In this document: positions 54,810 to 62,328 of the stretch, piece by piece | Layout of the letters: every line of letters starts with the position of its first letter | How positions within the stretch are numbered: position 1 is the first letter of the stretch | Source: an uncultured Gammaproteobacteria bacterium | GTDB lineage: Bacteria; Patescibacteriota; Microgenomatia; UBA1406; GWC2-37-13 | Direction: 5' to 3' | Assembly: GCA_964396395.1 (NCBI GenBank) | Contig: CAYNFC010000007.1 | Coordinates: 299-64,298, forward strand | Length of the DNA stretch: 64,000 nucleotides | The notes under the pieces: model-generated | What the model was told of the DNA's origin: nothing | Database searches by the model: none | Seen by the model: the letters and a program-made list of their open reading frames with translations, nothing else | Made by a program: the position numbers and the translations under genes

Positions 54810-55064
54810 ATGACAGTTAATAGTATTATCAAGAATAAGCCTTATTTGGCGTGGTATGTAAAAGATCCGGAAAATCTTTCGGAGGAGTCTGTTTTGGAAC
54901 ATGTATTAAACTACGGAAATTGGGATGATGTCCAACAATTCATTAGAATTAAAGGTAAGGATAAAACCGCCATATTATTTAAGAAAACCCTGACAAACAA
55001 AAGAACGAATTATCAACCGGCAGTTCAGTCTTATTTTTTCCGTTATTTTAATCATCGCGCATGA
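54810..55064 (+). CDS. small protein paired with an AbiEii-like nucleotidyltransferase (putative antitoxin partner)
   Basis: The ATG at 54810 is preferred over the TTG at 54795. ...WYVKDPENLSEESVLEHVLNYGNWDDVQQFI resembles the small partner proteins found upstream of AbiEii-type NTases. Its stop overlaps the next start (ATGA). Confidence 0.5.
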   Translation: MTVNSIIKNKPYLAWYVKDPENLSEESVLEHVLNYGNWDDVQQFIRIKGKDKTAILFKKTLTNKRTNYQPAVQSYFFRYFNHRA

Positions 55065-55669
55065 ATAAACAAATATTTAATAACGATCAGGAACAACTAC
55101 TTCCTTTTATAAAATTATTTTTATCGAATTTTTATCTTGTAGGAGGTACGGCAATAGCCCTTCATTTAGGACATAGAAGATCTATTGATTTTGATTTATT
55201 TACAGATAATATATTTGATCCTATGAAGATACGTAATAAAATAATGCAAGATAAAACTATCAATCATACTTTTTCTCAGGGAACTGGTGAATTAACAGTC
55301 CTTATTGATAAAGTTAAAATAACTTTTTTCCATTATCCATTTATTATCCAAAGAAATATTATGTTTGAACAAACATTAAAACTTCCTGACTTAATTACAC
55401 TTGGCGCCATGAAAGCATTTGCCCTTGGAAGACGGGCTAAATGGAAAGATTATATTGATTTATATTTTATTTTTCAAAAGCATTCATTTCAAGAATTAAT
55501 TGTTAAAACAAATAGTATCTTTAAAGCCGAATTTAATGAAAAATTATTTCGTACCCAGCTTAGTTATTTTGATGATATTGATTACTCCGAGCAAATTGAA
55601 TACATGGATGGGTTTGAAAAAAACGATGAAAATATAAAGCAATTTCTTGAAAAAATAAGTCTTTCCTAA
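55061..55669 (+). CDS. nucleotidyltransferase AbiEii/AbiGii toxin family protein
   Basis: 202-aa ORF. FYLVGGTAIALHLGHRRSIDFDLFT is the family hallmark (GGTAL..HR.S.DlDfF). Confidence 0.75.
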   Translation: MNKQIFNNDQEQLLPFIKLFLSNFYLVGGTAIALHLGHRRSIDFDLFTDNIFDPMKIRNKIMQDKTINHTFSQGTGELTVLIDKVKITFFHYPFIIQRNIMFEQTLKLPDLITLGAMKAFALGRRAKWKDYIDLYFIFQKHSFQELIVKTNSIFKAEFNEKLFRTQLSYFDDIDYSEQIEYMDGFEKNDENIKQFLEKISLS

Positions 55670-55681
55670 TTAATTGTTGTT

Positions 55682-55709
55682 TATCTTATCGACGACCGTC
55701 TACAAGATA
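55682..55709. repeat. 28-bp palindromic site, copy 11
   Basis: TATCTTATCGA-CGACCG-TCTACAAGATA, 13 nt after the 55669 stop. Confidence 0.85.
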
Positions 55710-55818
55710 ATTTTTATGGAAAAAATTATATCAAAATATTAATACAATGAAGTATTTGAAGTTAAAAGATATTTTTTGTAGGAATCATTCCTTTGGAGGA
55801 TGAGATCCAGATAAATTT

Positions 55819-56853
55819 TTAATATTTCACCGTATCAAATTCTTGTTTTTCCTGGTGAAAACATAAAGATCCCTTACCAACCTTAGCAAGTTCAAATATT
55901 GAACAAGTTGGAAACTCACCCGTTTTTTGTAAGAGAGTTAAAACGCCATTTTTACGATAATAAAATTGGTGTTCTATGTAATCTGTACTTGCCCCAGGGT
56001 AAATAAGAGTGAATCTTAATAATTGATTATCTAAATCTTCTAACTTTACAGATACCTCATTTGTGTATTTATGGGAAAGACTAAAAAAATTCTCATATTG
56101 ATTTACCAGTTTTTTATCGATTTTTGCACAAGAAATTCGGACTACTATTGGATGCGAAACTTTTTTTAAATCATAATATGGAACACTATTTATATCATTA
56201 TTCATTTGAAATTGATTAATAAAATCTTCTTTAGTCATCTCAATTGCCGTAATTAAATAGGCCTCATCACCTTTAATAAAACCTATTTTTCGAGCTCCTA
56301 ATCCTTGAGGATATCGGTAAAAAGAAATATTCATAGGTTCATGTATCTTAAACCCTTCATTTATTAGATCAGATACGACCCCTTTTTTAATATCAATATC
56401 TTTTGAAAGATCTAATATATTCGAATTCGCTATATAATGTGAAAATTCACCTTCGGCATACAAGCCGGCATAAGGTTGATCGTCAGCTAAACGCCATTTT
56501 ACGATTCCTTCAACATAATCTTCGCTATTCACATAAGGTGAAAATGTCACATCATCGGAACTTTGAGAACCTTTTTTAGAGATCCAACTCTCAACAGACT
56601 CGGTAATTGTTTTATAATCAGGGCACTTATCAAGCGGTAATTGGTTAATAACATCGTCAATCACCAAAAAAGGTGGAGGATAATCTAAAGGATTTTTAAT
56701 ATGTAGGACTTTATAGGCTGATGAAGTTAAACCTGTAATCCGATTATTAATTGATTCAGGAAAGTAAAAAGGAGCAAAATTCCAAAAAATTATTCCTATG
56801 AGAAAAAACAGTATACAAAAAAGATCTTTTTCATTTATAAAATAGTATATCAA
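55819..56853 (-). CDS. membrane-anchored hypothetical protein
   Basis: 344-aa ORF with an N-terminal TM helix (LFCILFFLIGIIFWNFAPF). Confidence 0.5.
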   Translation of the reverse strand: MIYYFINEKDLFCILFFLIGIIFWNFAPFYFPESINNRITGLTSSAYKVLHIKNPLDYPPPFLVIDDVINQLPLDKCPDYKTITESVESWISKKGSQSSDDVTFSPYVNSEDYVEGIVKWRLADDQPYAGLYAEGEFSHYIANSNILDLSKDIDIKKGVVSDLINEGFKIHEPMNISFYRYPQGLGARKIGFIKGDEAYLITAIEMTKEDFINQFQMNNDINSVPYYDLKKVSHPIVVRISCAKIDKKLVNQYENFFSLSHKYTNEVSVKLEDLDNQLLRFTLIYPGASTDYIEHQFYYRKNGVLTLLQKTGEFPTCSIFELAKVGKGSLCFHQEKQEFDTVKY

Positions 56854-56977
56854 ATGTGTTGATTAATTTTTTTGCCGTACAACCTCGTAGGTTAAATGAG
56901 GCTAAACTTGAATTTTGAAGAAGAAATAAATGTCGATAGTTAAAATTATTAATGAGAGTATGTTTAGGACAAAAAAG

Positions 56978-57229
56978 TCAGCCGCAAACATTGAAAATTA
57001 ATAACTCTTTTTTAGCTTTAGTCATTTGCTTAATTTCAAATTCTCTTTTTAGTGCTTTATTGATGGTTTTATATTTTTCAAAATAAACCAACTTTGCCGG
57101 TCTCCGAACACGAGTGTATTTTGATTTTGAGTTATCACTATTATGTTCTTCGACTCGTCTTTTGAGATCATTTGTTTGTCCACAGTAAAGGGAGTTATCA
57201 GAACAGCGAAGGATGTAGAGATAATACAT
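56978..57229 (-). CDS. GIY-YIG nuclease family protein (UPF0213-like)
   Basis: 83-aa ORF. YYLYILRCSDNSLYCGQTNDLKRRVEEHN is the GIY-(x10)-YIG core. It starts 14 nt downstream of tRNA-Gln on the same strand. Confidence 0.8.
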   Translation of the reverse strand: MYYLYILRCSDNSLYCGQTNDLKRRVEEHNSDNSKSKYTRVRRPAKLVYFEKYKTINKALKREFEIKQMTKAKKELLIFNVCG

Positions 57230-57242
57230 AATTTTTTATTTG

Positions 57243-57313
57243 TTGGGAGACTAGGAGTCGGACCTAGATAAACAGATCCAAAGTCTGTTGTCCTACCATT
57301 GGACGATCTCCCA
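57243..57313 (-). tRNA. tRNA-Gln (TTG) with atypical T-loop
   Basis: 71-nt cloverleaf. Acceptor TGGGAGA/TCTCCCA, D arm GTCC-AATGGTA-GGAC, anticodon loop CTTTGGA, T arm CTAGG-TCCGACT-CCTAG. Position 55 is C instead of the near-universal U. Confidence 0.7.
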
Positions 57314-57373
57314 AAATATCAGCTATATTTTACCAAATAAACCGAGCTTTAGGTTTGCTATAATCATAGCTAT

Positions 57374-58510
57374 ATGAACGACATGATTATCTGTCCCAAT
57401 TGTAAAAAATCCATACCGTTGACGGAGGCATTGTCTCATCAAATTCAGGATAAATATGCCAAATTTTATAAAATCCGTCTTGAGGAAGAAAAAAATAAAT
57501 TTGCCAAAACTTTACAGCCGGAACTGGAAAAACAACTGAAAGAAAAGATGGAATTTGAAATGAAGAATAAAAACAATGAATTGGAAGAACTGAGAAAACA
57601 AAATAGAAATATGCAGGAGCAGATGCTGGAACTGAATAAATTAATACGTCAAATAAAACAGGAAAATGATAATCAAAAAATTGAAATGGAAAAAAAATTA
57701 ACAACTTCTCAAGAAAAGATCCGAGAAGAGGAAAAAAGAAAATCTGACGAAGAATATAAACTAAAAATTTTAGAAAAGGATAAAAAACTATCAGACGCAA
57801 TGAAAATGGTGGAAGAATATAAGAGAAAAATGGAGCAAGGCTCCCAACAATCACAGGGTGAGGTAATGGAAGATGAATTAAAAAAAATATTGATAGTGGA
57901 ATTTCCTTATGATGAAATTTCCGATGTGCCAAAAGGAATTAGAGGGGCGGATTTAGTTCAGACGGTAAAAAATAATTTTGGAAAAGAATGCGGAACAATT
58001 TTATGGGAGTCAAAACGGACCAAAGTCTGGACTGAAGGGTGGATTTTCAAATTAAAACAAGATCAAAGGGAGATTAAGGCGGAAGTGGCGATTATCGTTA
58101 CTCAAGTTTTACCGCAAGGAGTAAAGAATTTTGGCATAAAAGAAGGAATTTGGGTGGTTGATTATGCGACTGTTGTTGGCGCCGCCATTTCCCTGAGAAA
58201 TAGTTTGGTGGAACTTTCAGGAGTGCGTTTGGCTAACAAAGGCAAGGAAGAAAAAAAAGAAATTCTCTGGAATTATCTGACAAGTATTGAATTCAAACAA
58301 AGGGTTGAAGCGATCTATGAATCGTATACTAATCTTCGCGATGAATTACAAAAAGAAAAAGACTGGTTCACCAAAAAATGGGCCCGTGAAGAAAAGAGCA
58401 TTTCATTAGTTAAGGATAATTTACTGGGAATGCATGGGGATTTGGAAGGAATCGTCGGTAAAACACTACCGGAATTGGAACAATTAAAAAAATTAGAATC
58501 GGGTGAATAA
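57374..58510 (+). CDS. DUF2130-like protein (Zn-ribbon, long coiled coil, PD-(D/E)xK-like C-terminal domain)
   Basis: 378-aa ORF. N-terminal ICPNCKK, about 130 aa of Lys/Glu heptads, then GADLVQTV...GTILWESKRTK, as in the DUF2130/COG4487 family. Confidence 0.6.
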   Translation: MNDMIICPNCKKSIPLTEALSHQIQDKYAKFYKIRLEEEKNKFAKTLQPELEKQLKEKMEFEMKNKNNELEELRKQNRNMQEQMLELNKLIRQIKQENDNQKIEMEKKLTTSQEKIREEEKRKSDEEYKLKILEKDKKLSDAMKMVEEYKRKMEQGSQQSQGEVMEDELKKILIVEFPYDEISDVPKGIRGADLVQTVKNNFGKECGTILWESKRTKVWTEGWIFKLKQDQREIKAEVAIIVTQVLPQGVKNFGIKEGIWVVDYATVVGAAISLRNSLVELSGVRLANKGKEEKKEILWNYLTSIEFKQRVEAIYESYTNLRDELQKEKDWFTKKWAREEKSISLVKDNLLGMHGDLEGIVGKTLPELEQLKKLESGE

Positions 58511-58512
58511 CT

Positions 58513-59043
58513 ATGGATGATTTTTTTTCTTTTGTCTCAAAGGCAGTTATTATTATCCCGATAGTTATTGTTATTTTATCTTTAATGTTTAAATTCGGTC
58601 AATCAAAAACGGGTTTGGTAAATCCGAAAATGGGCTTGATAAATCAAGCCCCTACGGAGATTCCAATTGCACAAAATAATTTTATTAATTTTGATTTTAA
58701 AGGGCCGATTGTTTGTGATGCTCTTTTTATCCAAGACAAAAAGATTTTATTCAAAAACAAAACAACTAATTATTTATTAAATGGAGACTGTCTTTATACT
58801 TGGGAGATCGGAAAATTAAATGGAGAAAAAAAATGCGGATTATCAAACTATGTTAGTATGGCTGAAAATTATTTAGGATTTTTGGATGTTGAAGATTTGG
58901 CCAGCAATAATTTAGTTAAAGAATTTATAAAAGATAAAAATATTGATTTAACGAGCGTTGTAAAAAGTTGTGAAAGAGAAGAGATCAAGGACTTTTCGAT
59001 TTTTGAAGTGCCGGAGAAAGTATTATTTGGAAATAAAAAGTAA
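58513..59043 (+). CDS. membrane-anchored hypothetical protein
   Basis: 176-aa ORF with an N-terminal TM helix and four Cys in the ectodomain. Confidence 0.45.
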   Translation: MDDFFSFVSKAVIIIPIVIVILSLMFKFGQSKTGLVNPKMGLINQAPTEIPIAQNNFINFDFKGPIVCDALFIQDKKILFKNKTTNYLLNGDCLYTWEIGKLNGEKKCGLSNYVSMAENYLGFLDVEDLASNNLVKEFIKDKNIDLTSVVKSCEREEIKDFSIFEVPEKVLFGNKK

Positions 59044-59298
59044 AGAATCTCTTAACATTAATCGTAAAGTTTTCTTTCCAGAAGTAGTTTTAAAATACTT
59101 TTCTCTTCGAGTGGCATCGTGTATTGATAAGAAATATTCACAAAGTAATAAAGTAAATGGCCTTCTTGGTTCAGTTGCCTTCGAATGACCTTGAATATGA
59201 GAAGTCAATCTATCATGAAGGTTGGTAGTATAACCGATATAAAATTGATTGTCTTTTAGAGAAAGAAGAACGTAGACGCAATAAAGTAGCTTTTTCAT
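59023..59298 (-). CDS. GIY-YIG nuclease family protein
   Basis: The start is taken at MKKLLYCVYVL (59298). YVLLSLKDNQFYIGYTTNLHDRLTSH is the GIY-YIG core. It lies directly downstream of the 5S rRNA and its hairpins on the same strand. Confidence 0.75.
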   Translation of the reverse strand: MKKLLYCVYVLLSLKDNQFYIGYTTNLHDRLTSHIQGHSKATEPRRPFTLLLCEYFLSIHDATRREKYFKTTSGKKTLRLMLRDSLLFISK

Positions 59299-59325
59299 TT
59301 TTTGACTCTTTAGAGACAATAAGGG

Positions 59326-59395
59326 CGGTGAAGTAGAGCGAAGCTCACTTCACCGTACTGAAGTGAGCTCGACCTATGTCGAGCCTACTTCAGTA
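59326..59395 (-). other. two tandem strong hairpins trailing the 5S rRNA
   Basis: Minus sense: TACTGAAGTagGCTCGACataGGTCGAGCtcACTTCAGTA, then CGGTGAAGTgAGCttcGCTctACTTCACCG. Both share GAAGTGAGC. Confidence 0.6.
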
Positions 59396-59513
59396 CCCCG
59401 GCTACGACCTACTTTCCCTTCATCTTTCGAAGTTAGTATCATCGGCGCTGACTCGTTTCACTTCCTTGTTCGGGATGGAAAAGGGTGGTACCAAGTCGCT
59501 CAAGTAACCAGGG
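59396..59513 (-). rRNA. rrf: 5S ribosomal RNA (not linked to 16S/23S in this window)
   Basis: The minus strand reads CCCTGGTTAC...CCATCCCGAACAAGGAAGTGAAACGAGTCAGCGCCGATGATACT...GGGAAAGTAGGTCGTAGCCGGGG. This matches the universal 5S loop C/helix III and loop E regions, with helix I pairing. Confidence 0.9.
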
Positions 59514-59539
59514 CGAGTAATAGTATATAATATAGAGAG

Positions 59540-60091
59540 ATGGAAAACAATAATAAAAAAAACTCGGTTTTCTATTCTTTTAACCTTGATCCGAAGATAA
59601 AATTTGAGGCGCACGAAGAAGGGGAGAAAATAATTTTATTACTGCGAAGTCATCCTTTTACCCAAATCAATTGGATTTTAAATTCAATTTTTTTATTTAT
59701 TATTGTTATTATTTTAAATTTTTTCATCGGAAACTTTTTTGATATTGGAGAAATATTTATTATTAACTGCTTTGCAATCGTTTTTATTCTGAGTTACGTC
59801 TGGTTTAACATTTTAAATTGGTATTTTAATGTTGGAATTGTAACAAATAAGAAAGTTATTGACATTGATTTTTACGCGGTTTTATATAAAGAGGTAACCG
59901 TGGCTCAGTTAGGCAGGATTGAGGATATCACAGTCAAAAGCGGCGGATATTTTAAGTCACTTTTTGATTATGGATCAATTTTTGTCCAAACCGCCGGGAC
60001 GGAAGCTAATGTAGAATTTGAAGATGTTCCTCATCCAGCCGATGCGGTTCAAATAATTAATAAATTCATAAGTAAAAAACATGGATTTTAA
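59540..60091 (+). CDS. membrane protein with C-terminal bacterial PH-like domain
   Basis: 183-aa ORF. Two TM helices are followed by ...DIDFYAVLYKEVTVAQLGRIEDITVKSGGYFKSLFDYGSIFVQTAG, reminiscent of bPH/YdbS-like domains. Confidence 0.45.
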   Translation: MENNNKKNSVFYSFNLDPKIKFEAHEEGEKIILLLRSHPFTQINWILNSIFLFIIVIILNFFIGNFFDIGEIFIINCFAIVFILSYVWFNILNWYFNVGIVTNKKVIDIDFYAVLYKEVTVAQLGRIEDITVKSGGYFKSLFDYGSIFVQTAGTEANVEFEDVPHPADAVQIINKFISKKHGF

Positions 60092-60284
60092 AAGTATTTT
60101 TTTCAAGATTATAATGATATTGTTTGCTGTTTTATATTTTTTTTATGCTGTGGTAATTTCCAAGCAAGTTCAAATCATGAACAAGACTCTTCAAGATAAA
60201 TATAATTGGCTGATTTTTTTGATTACTTCAATACAGGTAACGGCATCGTTGATATTATTAATATTAGCTATATTTCTGATTTAG
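60081..60284 (+). CDS. small two-TM membrane protein
   Basis: 67-aa ORF overlapping the upstream gene by 11 nt. Confidence 0.4.
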   Translation: MDFKSIFFKIIMILFAVLYFFYAVVISKQVQIMNKTLQDKYNWLIFLITSIQVTASLILLILAIFLI

Positions 60285-60288
60285 AAAT

Positions 60289-61992
60289 ATGTTTAAACAA
60301 GACATTGGCTTCTATTTAGGTCATGAAAAAACGGACGGTTTTTCCGGTTTTGTCAGTGAAAATAATTTATTTTTGGCGGTTGAGATTGAGGAAGGAATGA
60401 CCCCTGATAAAGGCAGGGAGCTAACGGCCTTCATAAAAGAAAAAATCAGTTCGATTATGATTGAGAATCTACAACAATTTGATTCCTTTATCTCCGGCTT
60501 AATCAAAGAAAAAAATTTACCGTCCGGTTTTTCTCTATCAGGCGGTTATTTAAAAGAAAATATATTTTATTTGAAAACAGTCAATCATGGTCAAGTATAT
60601 ATCCGACGGAAAGATAAACTAGCTCTCCTTATCAAAGGTAACGAATCTGCTTCAGGATATATTGAAGAAAGCGATATTTTTATTTTTACTTTCAATAGAT
60701 TTATGATTTTACTCGGAGAGGAAGAAGGACTAAATAAAAAATTTGATCACCGGCCGGTCTCGGAAATCATTGATGAAATTACTCCGGAACTGCTTACAAA
60801 AGACGATCAAGGAACGGCGGCTTTGTTTTTACAATTAAAAAAAATCGGAGAAATCGAAAAACCGGTTAGCGATTTTTTTGAACAACCGGAAAAAAAATCC
60901 CGAAAAATCCTGACATTTATAACGGTTTTTGTTCTTGGAATAATTCTTTTTTGGAGTGTTGGTCTGGGTTATAAAAGACGGACTCAGGAGATCGGCCGTG
61001 AGAAAATTAAATTGGCTAAAGAATTAATTGGCCAGAAATTGGATAAAGCCGAAGAAGTAGCTTTTTTAAATATGTCGAGCGCTTTGAGTTTAATTGCGGA
61101 TAGCAAAACGGAAGCAAATAAATTTAAACAAGAGCTCCGCCTTCGTCCTAACTCAGTCGGGACTATGGCGAGACAAGTAGAAGAATTAGAAAAATTGATT
61201 TCCGATACTGAGAATAAAATTCTCAAAAAAGAGGAAAAAAAATACAGCGAGTTTTTTGATTTAACGGTTGATGACAAAGATGCCAAAGGTGATAAACTCT
61301 ATCTTAACGACGGCCGTCTCTTAGTTAGTGATAAAAGTAGAGGAGTATTATATGAACTTTCACTGGAAAAAAAGTCTTTAGATAAAGATCAGTTCAGTGC
61401 TGTAAAAAGATCAAGCTTGATTACTTCATATGATGATAAAAAATATTTTTATGTTTCGGGAGAGGGTATCTACCGGGTGGCGGATGGAAAAGCGGATAAA
61501 GTAATTAAAAATAATAAAGACTGGGGAGAAATTATTGATATGGTGGTTTTTAACGGTAATATTTATCTATTAGATCGGGGTAAAGATGAGATTTGGAAGT
61601 ATGTGAGTACGGAAGATGGGTTTGGAAGCGGGATTTCCTACTTTCAATCCGGGCAATCAATCGACCTGTCCGCCATTAATTCCTTAACGATTGACGGTTC
61701 GGTTTATCTGGCCGGCGATTCGGTCATGGTTAAATATACTTCAGGCCTCCGCGACGGATTTAAGGTTAATTTACCGGACGATAATGTCAATATGACAAAA
61801 GTTTTTACCGGCAAAGATCTGGAAAAAGTCTATCTTTGGGATAAGGGTGAAGGGGCAGTTTATGTTTTGGGAAAAAATGGAAATTATCAGGAACAGGTAA
61901 ATTCAAAAATTTTATCAACAGGAACAGATTTAGTTGTCTATAAAGATTCTATTTACGTGTTGGGAGGAAGTAAGATATTTAAGATCGATTAA
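60289..61992 (+). CDS. hypothetical protein with central TM helix and C-terminal beta-propeller-like repeats
   Basis: 567-aa ORF with a TM helix at ILTFITVFVLGIILFWSV. The C-terminal half has repeated GxxY(V/L)xD..xxxI(W/Y)K-like strands. Confidence 0.45.
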   Translation: MFKQDIGFYLGHEKTDGFSGFVSENNLFLAVEIEEGMTPDKGRELTAFIKEKISSIMIENLQQFDSFISGLIKEKNLPSGFSLSGGYLKENIFYLKTVNHGQVYIRRKDKLALLIKGNESASGYIEESDIFIFTFNRFMILLGEEEGLNKKFDHRPVSEIIDEITPELLTKDDQGTAALFLQLKKIGEIEKPVSDFFEQPEKKSRKILTFITVFVLGIILFWSVGLGYKRRTQEIGREKIKLAKELIGQKLDKAEEVAFLNMSSALSLIADSKTEANKFKQELRLRPNSVGTMARQVEELEKLISDTENKILKKEEKKYSEFFDLTVDDKDAKGDKLYLNDGRLLVSDKSRGVLYELSLEKKSLDKDQFSAVKRSSLITSYDDKKYFYVSGEGIYRVADGKADKVIKNNKDWGEIIDMVVFNGNIYLLDRGKDEIWKYVSTEDGFGSGISYFQSGQSIDLSAINSLTIDGSVYLAGDSVMVKYTSGLRDGFKVNLPDDNVNMTKVFTGKDLEKVYLWDKGEGAVYVLGKNGNYQEQVNSKILSTGTDLVVYKDSIYVLGGSKIFKID

Positions 61993-61996
61993 ACAT

Positions 61997-62076
61997 AGAA
62001 ATTAGTTGTTAGAAATTAGAAAGTTGTAATAGAGAATCGAAATTAGAAACTAGTATTAGAAATTGGAAATTAGAAA
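61997..62076 (+). repeat. left arm of IVS-like element (degenerate GAAATTAGAAA repeats)
   Basis: agaaattagttgttagaaattagaaagttgtaatagagaatcgaaattagaaactagtattagaaattggaaattag. Imperfectly complementary to 62327-62392. Confidence 0.65.
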
Positions 62077-62328
62077 ATGGAAAATAACAAAAAAATCATC
62101 AAAAGCTTTACTAATTTAAGAGCATATCAAAATCTTTATCAGGCGATGAAGATTGTTTTAACAAAAATTATACCTACACTTCCTAAAGAAGAGAAATATG
62201 ACCTAGTTGATTAAATGAGAACTTATGTTGATGTTGAATTATATAAAGAAGTAATTGATTTATATGATTTTAGTTGTAAACAATTAACTAATCTTAAAAA
62301 AGCCTGGACGAACTATCATGAAAGATAA
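62077..62328 (+). pseudogene. decayed four-helix-bundle (23S rRNA intervening-sequence-type) protein gene
   Basis: MENNKKIIKSFTNLRAYQNLYQAMKIVLTKIIPTLPKEEKYDLVD, then an in-frame TAA where the family has Q, then MR and a direct jump to the C-terminal helix (YKEVIDLYDFSCKQLTNLKKAW). The central NIAEG-containing helices are missing. Confidence 0.6.

Noticed and set aside
3115-55709. Interpreting the 28-mers simply as rho-independent terminators or RNA hairpins.
   Set aside because: Arm positions 7-9 are usually non-complementary and no T-tract follows. Several copies lie upstream of start codons rather than after stops. The most conserved bases are the outermost and innermost ones, as expected for protein contacts. 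A terminator role for the copies between convergent genes cannot be fully excluded.
59420-59614. 64-aa ORF on the minus strand.
   Set aside because: It overlaps the 5S rRNA gene, whose identity is far better supported.
61300-61327. A twelfth copy of the 28-bp palindrome (TATCTTAACGA-CGGCCG-TCTCTTAGTTA) inside the 60289-61992 CDS.
   Set aside because: The left arm and core match, but the right arm lacks AAGATA, and the site lies in frame within a coding region (YLNDGRLLVS). It is kept only as a note and not counted as a bona fide site.
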